Source of the DNA: the human T2T-CHM13v2.0 reference genome, Homo sapiens
Strand: one strand, 5' to 3'
Length of the DNA: 64,000 nt
NCBI RefSeq assembly: GCF_009914755.1
Contig: NC_060933.1
In this document: piece by piece, positions 31,501 through 45,377 of the stretch
Position numbering within the stretch: the first letter of the stretch is position 1
Layout of the letters: each line of letters begins with the position of its first letter
Notes under the pieces: model-generated
Seen by the model: the letters and a program-made list of their open reading frames with translations, nothing else
Told to the model about the DNA's origin: nothing
The model's database searches: none
Made by a program: the position numbers and the translations under genes

Positions 31501-32213
31501 CCAAAAGTGCTTTTGGTCAGCTGCCCAGCTGTGCCACAGCGGGCACCGAGGCAGGAGGCGCCAGAGGAACCTTTCACATGGGCTGCGGGAGCCCGAGCTT
31601 CCTGACCCCCAGCCCGGGAGCGGAGAGGGACGCTGGAGCCCAGGCCGACCGCACACCGCCCTGGAGCGACTTCGCCCACCAGAGTCGGCTGCCCAGCCCG
31701 TGGGTGCTGCGCTCCGAAGGCAGAGATGCAGTGTGGAGGGGGGGCGTCGGGAGCGAGAGAGACAAGGGGTCCGAGGGCCCCGCCCGGGGCCTGCCCAGCC
31801 TGCCCCTTGCGGGCTTCTCGCCGCTGCTGTCCACCCAGCTCTTCCACTTTGGAAAGGGTGTCTCCTGGGGGGGCAGGCAGGCTGGCCTCTTCAGCCCCCA
31901 CCTGGGGCTGCCTCTGCAGGGCCCCTCCTTCTCGGCCTTCAGGGAGGCCCAGGCCGGACCCAGCCCTGTCTTTGGAAGCCCACACTTGCTGGCAAAGAAG
32001 GACGGCGGCCCCTGGCCAACCAGGAAGGCACAGGCAGGGCTGAGTTTGCATGACAGGAGGAGCTCGGGCTCGGAGGAAAGCATTTTAGACCTGAGGTATC
32101 GACGAAGGGTCAACAGGGATGACCAGGAGCAGGACGCCTTGGGCAGTGACGCCAGTGACTTCAGCGACACCTCCACGGAGGACAGTGGCGGCAGCTCAGT
32201 AGTGAAGGTCTAA
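28584..32213 (+). CDS. PPP1R26: Protein phosphatase 1 regulatory subunit 26 (KIAA0649/NRBE3), 1209 aa, whole CDS in the terminal exon
   Basis: 3630-nt open frame from ATG 28584 (MFLMNASPVVALQSKWEAF...) to TAA; acceptor TTTCTTTCCGCCCAG|G at 28521/28522 excludes the upstream GTG start in the ORF track; RVxF motif KKVRF (30741-30755); sequence recognised. Confidence 0.96.
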   Translation: MFLMNASPVVALQSKWEAFGPPGSCRFPRCFSEADEGVESASVSARVQMLISTLQRDGAARGTSDERAAQRGHRAEGCHDARPAAKPTVHKEPPALAVCGLVADFDPMGEEETTDFGPLVLDSDSDDSVDRDIEEAIQEYLKAKSGAAQPGAGGAQPGAAQPSRAAGGGSRCKPEPAHGSAPTALCPPKLVPGSGGGPGSQVGSSKDQGSASPVSVSSDDSFEQSIRAEIEQFLNEKRQHETQKCDGSVEKKPDTNENSAKSLLKSHQEPPTKVVHRQGLLGVQKEFAFRKPPRLAKMNVQPRSLRSKVTTTQENEGSTKPATPCRPSEAAQNKGGIKRSASAARRGKRVMSAAQASEASDSSSDDGIEEAIQLYQLQKTRKEADGDLPQRVQLREERAPDPPAHSTSSATKSALPETHRKTPSKKKLVATKTMDPGPGGLDTDHAPKLLKETKAPPPASPASRSEFVERSSCRADTSAELMCAEAILDISKTILPAPVEGSDGSLSASPLFYSPNVPSRSDGDSSSVDSDDSIEQEIRTFLALKAQSGSLLARGESCPQAAQGPLLPPGLNSQTGGHKTPLSKTPDPLLGCKRKRRGGGHVRPSTPKKMQEVVKDGSQDADHSQGRAEPGHERRDLPIQGKASEALGGEGTARGPGDTRMSQGQGKTDEARRLDEKESSEDKSSSLDSDEDLDTAIKDLLRSKRKLKKRCREPRAACRKKVRFSTAQTHFLEQLGGLRRDWKDRGPPVLKSCLSKSKRDSGEGPGKKPPSVFGSTAERMRQEGAASQDAALAFRVRRPASASASEGNPFPRESQGPAPSPGSLSDDSSSVDSNDSIELEIRKFLAEKAKESVSSSEVQAEGPTALGTGGPARPEVLCRKEPAPPPGVCTRSQRARGVPHLAEGLRGTESAGAQGTAGLFSQGGKGLPAAPARGDPVPPRSTSGGVSAKGLSVSRRNVYVHKDQSPRGAEPAAKSAFGQLPSCATAGTEAGGARGTFHMGCGSPSFLTPSPGAERDAGAQADRTPPWSDFAHQSRLPSPWVLRSEGRDAVWRGGVGSERDKGSEGPARGLPSLPLAGFSPLLSTQLFHFGKGVSWGGRQAGLFSPHLGLPLQGPSFSAFREAQAGPSPVFGSPHLLAKKDGGPWPTRKAQAGLSLHDRRSSGSEESILDLRYRRRVNRDDQEQDALGSDASDFSDTSTEDSGGSSVVKV

Positions 32214-32944
32214 GCCCTCGAGCTGTGGGTTCGCGTCCTGGGTTGCGTGCATTCGTGGAAAGCGGCGTAGCCGTGCGTGTGTGTGATGGTTCCGTGGCTG
32301 CAAGGAAGGGAAACAGTCTATTATACATAGCCCTGTATATATGTACACCAACATGAAACTTTTATTTAACAGACGTGTCCTGGTAAATATGATTTTTGTA
32401 GCTTTTTGTAAATTATTTAAAGTGATGTAAAAGATATTTTTGGAAAATACTGTTGTTCAATTTTGTAGGGTGTTCCTAACTGCAGTTTTCTGTGTTCTGC
32501 ATACAAGTCTTAGCTTAGGAAACATTTGGTTCTTACCATCACAGCCAGGTTCACAGAGGCTCTGATGCTTTTTGGTTGATTGCTGGTGAGAATGGCCGGC
32601 GGTGGCTGCAGTGGTAGCCTGAGGAAGGCCAAGCTGCCCTCCCTGGGAATCACTCAGATGCCCCAAGATGTCCGTTGGGAAGCTCCCAGGACAGCACTTT
32701 TTATACAGAGGACACCGCCTCGGCCCCACGTCCTTAGAGGCCAGAGCACATCTGAAAACTGCAATCACAGCCGTCCGCTGGAAAAACGTTTCGAAGCACA
32801 GTGGCCAGCGAGCGAGCACGTGGCTACTCCCTGTTGCATGTCAAATCCACACAGATGTCAGCGGCAGCTGCTCGGCAGCCCAGCCCTGGGCCTGGGTGGG
32901 TTCATGTCCAATCTTGTTCGATCACTAGATGATTCTAACATCGA

Positions 32945-32950
32945 AATAAA
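32945..32950 (+). terminator. PPP1R26: Polyadenylation signal of PPP1R26
   Basis: AATAAA ~730 nt after the stop, followed by a U/GU-rich downstream element (CTGTTCTTTTT). Confidence 0.75.
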
Positions 32951-33017
32951 CCTCTTTTTATATGGCGTTACTGTTCTTTTTAAATCATGGTTCTTAAAGA
33001 TAACACACGTGCACTTA

Positions 33018-33571
<554 letters not shown>

Positions 33572-34089
33572 TTAAAGGTGGCGGCCTCAGGTCCTTGGTG
33601 TTGGTGCCCTGTGATGCTGCCCTGGTATTCTGTGCCTTCTGCTCTGAGGCCACCGCAGTGTCCGTGGCTACTACAGAGACAGAAGCAGTGCTGGGCACTG
33701 ATGGGCCGTGACATTTACATTGTAATTGTCCAGCAAACTTTGATGAGTCACTGGAGCTTCCCAGGTCAGCCTCGTGGCTTAGCTGCCATGCGGGGTTTCT
33801 TTGGAGCTGAATCTTGTTGGTATTCGAACATGCGAGTGGCTTGTCTACACACTGTGCACCCCTGGGTTTTAGCAAGAATTCACTCTTGTATCCAGATGCA
33901 GGCATGTGCCACCTGCCATCCACAGATGCAACGTCTGCTGGGTCAGAAGCCGTGATGAGGGTCCCTGTGGTTGCTGTTCCTGTCCAGCCCCGTCTTTTGT
34001 GTGTGATATCTTCGTTGTGGCATATTGCTTCACTTAAGTGCTTCCAGGAGAAACAGTTCCATGTAATCCATGCTCTTTTATTTATATTG

Positions 34090-34392
34090 CTTTTTCTTAT
34101 TTTTTATTTTTTGAGACGGTGTCTCACTCTGTCGCCCAGGCTAGAGTGCAGTGGCGCAATCTTGGCTCATGCAACCTTCACTTCCCAGGTTCAAGCGATT
34201 CTTGTGCCTCAGCCTCCCAAGTAGCTGGGACTACAGGCATGAGTCACCTCACTCAGCTAATTTTTGGATTTTTAGTAGAGAGGGGTTTCACTGTGTTGTT
34301 CAGGCTGGTCTCAAACTCTTGACCTCAGGTGATCCGCCTGCCTCGGACCTCCCAAAGTGCTGGGATTACAGGCTTGCGCCACCGTGCCCGGC
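34090..34392 (-). mobile_element. Alu (AluSx-like)
   Basis: Reverse dimer with T-rich tail. Confidence 0.9.
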
Positions 34393-36330
34393 CTTATTTA
34401 TATTTCTAAATAGTGCCTGTGGGGATGTTGGCTGGAAACCAACCCCCTTGTCCTGGGCCCACCAGGGGAGGAGCCACAGCCACAGTGCACGTAGCACTGA
34501 GCCTCTCCCACTCCTGCCCCCATGCCCACCCCAGGGTCGCTTGTCTCATCTCTTCCCCAAACCCCGGACCCTTTACACCTTCCCTGACGTTCACATGTCC
34601 TCTGCCAACACTCCACATAGCAGTGCAGGTCAGAGCTGCTGCTGCCCCAGAAAGAAGACCTCCTGAGGTTCAGGGACATGGCATCTGTAACACGGTCACC
34701 AGCTCTAGTTAGCGTGTTCTGCCCGTACATGTGTGTAGGGCATCCCCTATCCACATGCAGAGCAGTTGCCAATTGGCTTACAGTCACTGTGGGTTAATCA
34801 CTCACTAAGAATGTTCCAGGAACCTGCATTTCTTTGTGGAACACTTTGGTCCATTTTCAGTTTTTGTAAAGAGGTGCCGTGTCGTCGCGGGGGTCACCCC
34901 GGTGGGGTGGACTCAAAACTGCACAAGATGTCCCCAGTTCAGAGCTCCTTACCGAGGCCCTTGGGGATCAGGCTTTGCTGTGACAAACAGTGGCTTGCTT
35001 AAATACCGACCAAATGGCCCTCCTGATGGGGTTAAAACAGGCGATCCATGCCAGTCTTCCCTGGAGCACGGGGGGGCTTCCTCCCACCTTTGTTCTGCCG
35101 ATCACAGTTGCCCTTGGAGCTCCTCTTGTCCTGCTTTCAGGAGTCACTGGTGCTTTAAGACTCAGCTGGAGATGAGTCGGTTGGTGCCTTCTTTCTCTTC
35201 ACAAACTGGAATTCCCTGGAATTGCCCATGGGCCATGTGACCTGAAAGTGGTGCTTCTTCACCCCCTGCACTGTCCTGTTTGTTTTAGAGAAGAGGCCAA
35301 GATCCAAGGTTCGTCCACACCTGCCAGCGGGTTTTCCTGTATGGGAGGGGGCTGCAGTCAGGGCAGCCAGGAGCTGCACAGGAGGGATGCCCGCCCCTGT
35401 GTTGGCAGTCTGTCTCCCAGCACCTCCGCAGATCCGGGTTTGACGACGCGGCTGCATCCCATGAATACGGGCCCGGCGCCGCTGTGGGAGTAAGTAGATG
35501 TGTGCCCGCCCTGTAGGAGTCTCCGGTGGACAGTGTGTCAGTAAGTCAAGCTCTTTGCAAGTCTGTAATTATTAAGACCTAGAGGTAAGTCATGTCCCAA
35601 GAGCCCCTCTCTTCCCAGGGAGTAGGGCCAGGGTCCATTTCATCCAATACAAATAATCGGGAGAGGCCAGGTTTTAAGGTTTCTCGTCCTCTGGGATGAG
35701 TCAGCCTGATGTCGGGGAACGGGGATGGGAAAAGGAAAAAGCTCTGGCGGGTCATGTCTGATATTCTCCACCCACCTCCCTATGTAGGGGGAGAAGCTTC
35801 CTTTAAGGAAGAGTCCCCCTTAATTTATCTGTCGCTCAGAATCTGAAGGCTCAGACAGCAGATTTTCCCAGCTTGAGATATATTTGCTTTGGAAAATCAA
35901 GCAGTACATGTAATTATTAGCACCTGTCTGCTCATATAAACATGTAAAAGGCATTGCCCCCTGGATCCCCCCTCCCTCAAAACGAATGAAAGGACCTGTT
36001 TAAAGGGGCGTAGGGAACAGCACAAAGTCCACATTCCATATCCGCAAATCACAACCAGGTTTATTCCCAGGCGTGGCTGTTGGGGAGGGTGGGGGACAGA
36101 TCACATTATTTGCAAAATCTTTGAGGCTTCTGGTATTTTGTGTACTATATGTAAGAGATTTTTTTTTTCAATGTCAAGATATTTTACTACATAATAGAAA
36201 CCATTCTAATATTGACTGTAATGAAAAGATAAAGGTTACTGATGAAAAATACAGAAATATAAATGAAAATGTACGTTTAAGAAGTGGCTGGTTTTAAACC
36301 AACCCAGCAGTAAAATTCAGTGATTAGTAA

Positions 36331-36651
<321 letters not shown>

Positions 36652-37698
36652 TAGCTTGTAATTTCTGAGTGGAATAAAAAGGCTAAACAAAGCAAAGACT
36701 GCTCTGTGGAGTGAAGAGAGAGGGTTTCAGAAATGGCTGTGTCCTTTTTTTTTTTTTTTTTTTTTCCAAATATCTCTGCAAACTGATGTTACACTGTGTT
36801 TCCGTCACCTTTCCTGTAATTCTGAGATTTTGAAAGAACACAGTATAGATGGGTGCCATTTTCTTTTCATTTTGCAACCCTCCGTTCTGTACGCTTTAAT
36901 CCCAAACAGAAAACACACCCGTTGAGCGTTCCGTTAGATCAGTGGACTTGATTTTTCTCAGCATGTGAAGATTTCAGTTTGGAAATCTGTTCCAAAGAGG
37001 AAGGTCTCCAGATTTGTGATCCCTGGAGCTCTGTATGACTCACAAATGCGTAGTAGGTTAGGACTGAATCTGCGGCTCTAGTGCCGATGGCCTCCCGCCT
37101 CCAGGATGTCCCCAAGGCGGGCTCCAGCGAGGCCGGCTCGCAGCCTTCCATGCGGCTCTGTTTCCCATCTGAGAGGGAGGCCCCAGGTGTGAAGATCGGG
37201 CAAGGTGACAATGCCAAAGCCCTTAGAACACTGCGAGATGCCAAGAAACGGAGCGGCGGGCACACGCCCAGGCCTGGGCATGGGAGACAGGCAGGCTCAC
37301 AATTCAGAGGTATTGGGGTTTTTCATCTCTCCAGATGCTTACTCTATTTAGAATAAATGAGTGGAGTCTAACTTTCCATCAGCTCATTAGCAGCTGTACA
37401 GAAGTAACATTTTATTAGACACGACCAACTAAATCACTCGGCACCCAACTGAGATGCCGGAATTGAGCCCGTGAAGCCCGTAGGAGGGAGGCACCTGTTG
37501 CTGTTGGTTGATACTCCCAGCCTGGGCCCCGACAGCGCCTCAGCTAGAATTGGGGGTGTTATCCGAGTGAAGTGGTTTCATCAGGTGTGACTTTGCCTGC
37601 AGGCGTGACTTTGCCTGGATGAAGCCATCTTGCTACAGCAGTGCAGGTGTTCAACAGTTCTAGGCTGGCGGGGAAACAAACGCAGTCATTTGGACTGA

Positions 37699-38074
<376 letters not shown>

Positions 38075-39273
38075 GGAATGCATTCTTTTCAGTGTGTTGA
38101 GAAACCTGATTGATAAGGCATTTTTTTTTATTTATTTCAATAGAAGCTAAACACAGAGGGGTTACTGGTATTTCTGGTATTTTTAAGGAATAACTGCAAA
38201 AACATTTTCAGTTTGATGCCTGGAGTCTCTGCTGGTTTTTTAGCTCAGAAGAAAGATATTACATAGATCCTGGCTTCAGGGCCAATTTTGTATACTTTTT
38301 AATTAAATATATTGATTTTCTCTGGAAAGCATTTCCATCCCAAATTGGACATTAAGACTGTTGCCAAAATGTTTACTTTTGTGTATTAATAATAAAACGT
38401 TTATATGAAGAAATAACCCATCATGATGTTTAACTTCTTCCCTAATTCGTGAGTAGAATCCCTGCAGGTAAGAATCTATTAACAAGATATTATTGATGGT
38501 GTGTAAGAGGAGTTTCTTTTTTCTAGTTTCAGTACTTTCTAAATTTCCTATAATGAACACATCTTGCTCTCATAGAGGGAAAAAAAAATCCATGTCATAG
38601 ACAAATTTTTTTTTATTGAAGACCCTGTAGCTCATAGTAAACATGGATTTATGACTACATAGAGATAAAAATCCACTTCATGTAGTTATTACCCCCCTTA
38701 GCAAAATACAGGTAATCCCCTGCCTTTTTTTTTACTTTTTATTGAAATTTTAAAATAAACATAGAGAATGCCCATGTCTGCATCACCCCCTTCCACAATG
38801 AAGGGCATTCACCAACCTTGTCTCTACCCCTGTCCCTGCCCCTGCCCCTTGCTGGAGCATGAAGCACACAAACATGGTGGAGGAGGTTCATCTGCAACCC
38901 CATGTGCTCCTCCAGTAATCTCACACAGTAACGGCCCCTCCTGCCTGTTCAGCCTCGACTTGGCTGACGAGGCGTCTGCTCCTCCTCCTGCCCAGCGCCT
39001 GGCCCTCGCCCACACCCCAGTGGGGCATCTCATGCCCTCGTGGGAACCCCGCAGTGTTTGTGCAGATCTCAGCCAGGGTGCTGGGTGCTTTAGGACGGGA
39101 GATCTGCTCCCTAACTGGTCTTGTGTGTAACATGGCTCCCAAATACAGACACGAGCGGAGTTAGCCACCAGCGCTCCCGATGCTCAGGCCAGGACTTGGG
39201 CCCCGGGAGCCCACAGCCCCACTCCACCATGACAAACGTCAGACGAGACGGAAGCTCAGGATGTGACAACGTT

Positions 39274-39279
39274 TTTAAT
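39274..39279 (-). terminator. PIERCE1: Probable polyadenylation signal (ATTAAA) of PIERCE1
   Basis: TTTAAT on the + strand ~225 nt downstream of the PIERCE1 stop. Confidence 0.6.
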
Positions 39280-39501
39280 GCAAAGTCAACCATTAGCATC
39301 TTTCCCATGTACTTATTAGATGTGAAATGGCAGGACTTCACGGCCCCGTTTGCATATTTTCCTACTCCGCAGACGAATAATATTTTCAGGGAAGGCAGCG
39401 CAGTCTGTGCCGTCACAATCGGGCGACTGTGGGTGATGAGGGATGATGATTTTCCAGGAGGCCCTGGGGTCAGAGGACTCCTAGAGGGAGTTTCCAGCCC
39501 C

Positions 39502-39690
39502 TCAATCGCAGATGGATGGCCTGTTGATGTTGTAACTGGGGTGGAAGTTGAGCCGGTCACAGGAGGTGATGCAGTTATCGGGGCCAGTCACGATGCTTTT
39601 CTCCAGGTAAACATTGAGAGTATTGTTCCGGAACATTCCACCCGCTGCAAGTTGTTGGGAAAATTTATTCGAATTTGGATAAAATACTTT
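39502..39690 (-). CDS. PIERCE1: PIERCE1/C9orf116 coding exon 3 (KVFYPNSNKFSQQLAAGGMFRNN...RPSICD*)
   Basis: Acceptor TCTCTTATAG|AAA, 189 nt, phase 0, ends TGA; the three exons give 136 aa; known ciliary microtubule-inner protein family. Confidence 0.93.
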   Translation of the reverse strand, partial: KVFYPNSNKFSQQLAAGGMFRNNTLNVYLEKSIVTGPDNCITSCDRLNFHPSYNINRPSICD

Positions 39691-40106
39691 CTATAAGAGA
39701 TAAAGGAACACAGATTAATGACGTATAATACTCTTGAGCAATCCGTTGAATATTTTTGAAAGAAAAATAAGAATTCATAAGAAAATGCAGAGAAGCCAGA
39801 GTGGGTAGGATGGCCTGGCTCACCCCAGACCATCCTAATCCATGCCCGATGCCTGGCACTTGCTGTTAACACTGCCCCCGGCACTGTTCTAAGGATAGCA
39901 GAATGAGCTGTGGGGCCACCTGTGTGCCATCTCTACCTCAGGATGTGGCTGTGAGCATCGCCTTGGGGGTCAGTCCTGGAGTCACCTCCAGGTCTGCTTT
40001 TGCTCACTGTGCTACTCTGGGAAAGCTGCCAGCCCTCTCTGAACTTCAGTTTTCTCTTCTATGGAATAGAAATGATATCCATGTCAGTGGGTTTCAACCT
40101 TAACTG

Positions 40107-40447
<341 letters not shown>

Positions 40448-40868
40448 CTAGCAAGACAGCATCATTAGGTGACTGTGACATTCCTGAAGCGAGTGGTCTG
40501 GACCTCCGCCAAATATTTTACCCCATACGGGTGACCTGTCCTTAGAGGATCCTGTGCCACGCACATCACCTGATGTTTCATCTCCTTGGCAAGAAACAAG
40601 TGCAAAGAGAAAACTTTTCTTTGTTTTTGAGAAGTTTTAGATCTATAGAAAAATTGAACAGAAAGTACGGAGAGTTCCCAAATTACCTCCCTCAGCAAAC
40701 ACAGTTCCCCCTGTCCTTAGCATGTCGCACTTGTGTAGCACACTTTTTACGGTGGAGCCAGTGTTGATACTTTATTAGTAACTAAAGTCTACATTCTATG
40801 GGTGGGACAAATGTATCATCACAGGGATCCGCCCATGCAGTATCATGGAGAGGAATTCCCTTCAGTGC

Positions 40869-41173
40869 ATTTTTTTTTTTTTTTTTTTTTGAGATGGAGT
40901 TTTTGCTCTAGTCACCCACGCCGGCGTGCAATGGCGCCATCTCAGCTCACTGCAACCTTCGCCTCTGGGTTCAAGCAATTCTCCTGCCTCAGCCTCCCAA
41001 GCAGCTGGGATTACAGGCGCCCACCACTATGCCCGGCTACTTTTTGTATTTTTAGTAGAGACGGGGTTTCGCCATGTTGGCCAGGCTGGTCTCAAACTCC
41101 TGACCTCAGGTGATCCACCCGCCTCGGCCTCCCAAAGTGCTGGGATTACAGGCGTGAGCCACCACGCCCAGCC
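40869..41173 (-). mobile_element. Alu (AluSq-like), PIERCE1 intron 2
   Basis: TSD TTCAGTGCA; reverse dimer. Confidence 0.92.
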
Positions 41174-41467
41174 TTTCAGTGCACTTTTTAATGCAAAGCA
41201 TTTATCTTCTATTCCCACATGGGAGGTAAACAGCTTCTCCGGCATCCACCCTTGGTCACGAAACTGGAAAAGAGACTCCAGACGGAGCAGGTGGATAAGA
41301 AGGAGGAGAACCTCCTTGGAAACTTGTCAGTAGTACCTCATGCCTCCTACCCCACTGCCTGCTCCCATCAGTGACCTGAAGGCTCCTACCATTTACAATA
41401 GGAACATTTTTTCATGGCCTTTTATAAAACCTAAAACATCTGGACCCATGTTAGTGAGTGTGCTGGG

Positions 41468-41801
41468 TTTTTTTTTCTTTTTTTTTTTGGTTTTTGTTTG
41501 TTTGCTTGTTTGTTTTGGTAACAGGGTCTGGCTCTCACCCAGGGTGGAATGCAATGGCATGATCAAGGCTGACTGCAGCCTCAACCTCCTGGGCTCACGC
41601 AATCCTCCACCCTCAGCCTCCTGAATAGCTGGGACTACAGGTGCATGCCACCACACCCAGCTAATTATTTTATTTTATTTTTATAGGGATGGGGGTCTCA
41701 TTACGTTGCCCAGGCTGGTCTTGATCTCTGAGCCTCAAGTGATCCTCTCACCTCAGCCTCCCAAAGTGCTGGGATTACAGGCGTGAGCCACCGCATCCAG
41801 C
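41468..41801 (-). mobile_element. Alu (AluJ-like), PIERCE1 intron 2
   Basis: J-type arms, (TTTG)n tail. Confidence 0.88.
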
Positions 41802-42662
41802 TGTGTCTGGTCTTTTTCATAGAAATACCTGATCCCCAGGGAAAACTCAGGGTTGTCTGATTACGGGAGAGTGATTCTCAAATGCTCCAGCATTTTTAGA
41901 TAAGTAATCTTCTCACAAGGGCTCAGTCACTCACGCCACACAACTAAATAAGCACTCACCAGACCTTTTCAATGATGAATGCTTTGACAACGAAAATACG
42001 TCCACAACATTCTCACCCCAGAATGGCTGGCCCAGTGTCCCAGGTGTGCAGGAGACACCGCACTAGTCCCTCTGTCCATTCACCTGGACCTTCATGGGGT
42101 TTGGTGTGGGGAGGTTCTAGGAGGGCCATCCTGGAGCCTAAGGTCAAGCTCAAAAAGGGTTTGGCTTCCCCAATGGCCCACAGACTCCTGTGCCCACCAA
42201 TACAACTTGCCCACCCACAAGCTGTGCCGTCAGCCAGTACTGCCTCTTCAGGTTACACGTTAACATCTCATAAAGTACAATTCCAAAAAAAAAGTAGCCC
42301 TTCATTTATTTGCCTCAGAACTGAGCACCGTAAGTTGCAGGAGATGGTTGCGTGTGTGTGTGTGAGACTGCTGTGCGTGTGGTTGGGTGTATGGGGGCAG
42401 GGTGATGTCAGCAAGTCTATATCCTCCTCTTTTAAAACACTCCACTCCCAAATTCATTCACTCATTTAGTTCCATCCTACCCTCTCCCAAAGCGATTTTG
42501 GGAACCTCCCTCCTCCCCATTTGTGATGCTGGAACTTTGGCCTCCTCCCTGGGTGCACCCCTCCCCGTCTCATTGTTGACCTGTTGAGAACCCCAGGTTT
42601 TTAGCCTCTTCTTGAGGCCACCCACCCCCTGCCCCCCATGCCCGGTCTTGCATCCCACTTAC

Positions 42663-42741
42663 AGGCATCTCGTGCACGGTGGGGGCTCTGCTCCCGTAAG
42701 CCTGGTTACTGGTCCTGTACACGGAGACAGCCTTCTGGGTC
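42663..42741 (-). CDS. PIERCE1: PIERCE1 coding exon 2 (TQKAVSVYRTSNQAYGSRAPTVHEMP)
   Basis: Acceptor TTTCTCATCTACCAG|G, donor CCT|GTAAGT; 79 nt completes the split Arg codon from exon 1. Confidence 0.94.
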
Positions 42742-43786
42742 CTGGTAGATGAGAAACACTCTATTTTCATTCATTTACTCTAATTCTGCACAAGCCACAG
42801 CCTTGTATTTGGTTGACGGCACTCCCCTGGAAATGCCCCCATGGAAAGAGCAATATGCCCGGGCTGGTGATGTGGCCTCGAAGGCAGCCTCTGGGAGTAC
42901 CTGGCTGATGACCGTTCTGAATGGCCCGGCCTCCCCGGCCCCCTCTGCTTGCCACTGTCCCTGCTCTTCCAAGGCAGGCCAAAGCCCTAAAGAGCAGGCA
43001 GCCAGCAAGTGCTGATCCCCAGCCCTGGCAGGGCCTCGGCACATGCTGCAATTTCTGGGTAACTTAGCTTGTCAGGAGCGGAGGCTTGGCCTCCAGACCC
43101 TGCCACCCAGAGGGTCCCTCTGCCTCTGAGCCCCCACCCTCACTGAGGCTATGCTTCTACTGGTACCACTGCCCCTACCTGTCAGTAGGACAGGCTACTG
43201 AGAGGCTGCAGGCCCACGACATAGCTTTACTTTATACTCCTAGATCTTGGCCAAGTTGTTCCTTCTACATCCCAGTCATCTCAATGCGAGAATGAGGATA
43301 CTAACAGACCCTGCCCTAGAGGACTGTTGAGGGACCAAATGTGTGATGAGCACGGCAAGATGTTTGCACCTGCCTACAGGAATTGAGTTTCTTACTACTT
43401 CTTAGCCTGCAATGCCCTGTGGCAGCTCAGAGCTGGCTGAGTCTACAGCAAGACAGTGGAGGTGCTGCTGTGCTCACGCCCCGCAGCGGAGTTTCAGGGT
43501 AGAGAGGAGAGGAGACTCACCCGACACAAAACAGTGGAGCTGAGACCACAACTGGGCTTTCTCCCCCCACGGCCCTGCCCCCCACTGCCCTTATCCCCAC
43601 TTCCTTGTATGAGGCTCTAGGGAGCACGGTCGCCGCTCACTGGCGGGCGATGACAGCGCGGGCCCCGGATGACCACTCGATCTTCTTGATTTCTGTAGCT
43701 AGGACCTTGGGGGTCTTGCGGGGTCTCTCACACACGGGGCTATCGAGCCGTGGACGCCAGGACCAGGCGGGCCCCAGCTTCCTCAC

Positions 43787-43929
43787 CTGTAGCCCCGGAA
43801 CCACCCCGGGTTGTTGAACCTGCCCGGCAGGTCCGCGCTCACGCGGTAGTAGTCGCTGGTCCTCTCCGGCGGGGCCGTGGCCTTGGGCGCCACAGGCTCC
43901 GCGCACGCTCTGGGGCATTCCTCAGCCAT
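43787..43929 (-). CDS. PIERCE1: PIERCE1 coding exon 1 (MAEECPRACAEPVAPK...GWFRGY)
   Basis: ATG at 43929 in good context (ACAATGG); donor AG|GTGAGG; 143 nt. Confidence 0.94.
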
Positions 43930-44369
43930 TGTGCCTGGAGGAGAAGCGGGACTCGGCGGCGTCCTGTTGCCAAGCGACGGCCAGGTCACGTGACTGGGGA
44001 GCGAGTGGAGGGGCCTTAAAGGCGCCGCGCGTGGGCCGGGTTCCTCTGCGGGTGGGTCCGGAACCTGCCGGGCGACTCCCCAAGGGCCGGGAAGGTTGGG
44101 ACGGCGAGAGATTCCCTGCTGGGACCGTCGTGTGAGGCAGCCCCAGGCCCCCAGCCACCCGCGGGGGGACCGGGCCACCCCAGCATCAGGGCGTGGACTC
44201 CCGGGCGAAAGAAACCCCAGGGCCTGGGACCCCGCCAGCCGGGTGACGGGGTTTAAGCACTGCAGGTCCACTCGGCAGGCAACGATTGGACTTTTGCTGT
44301 CCAATGTACTCCAGGGATGCTATGCCCCCCAGCACCCCGAGTCTAAATTGAGACCCGAGATCTGGCTAA

Positions 44370-45377
<1,008 letters not shown>

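Noticed and set aside
29114-32176. Antisense ORFs of 200-337 aa over PPP1R26
   Set aside because: Shadow frames of a GC-rich coding exon.
43930-44304. Upstream in-frame extension of PIERCE1 exon 1 (173-aa ORF)
   Set aside because: Non-ATG start, runs through promoter motifs, and ends at the intron stop; the recognised protein begins at ATG 43929.
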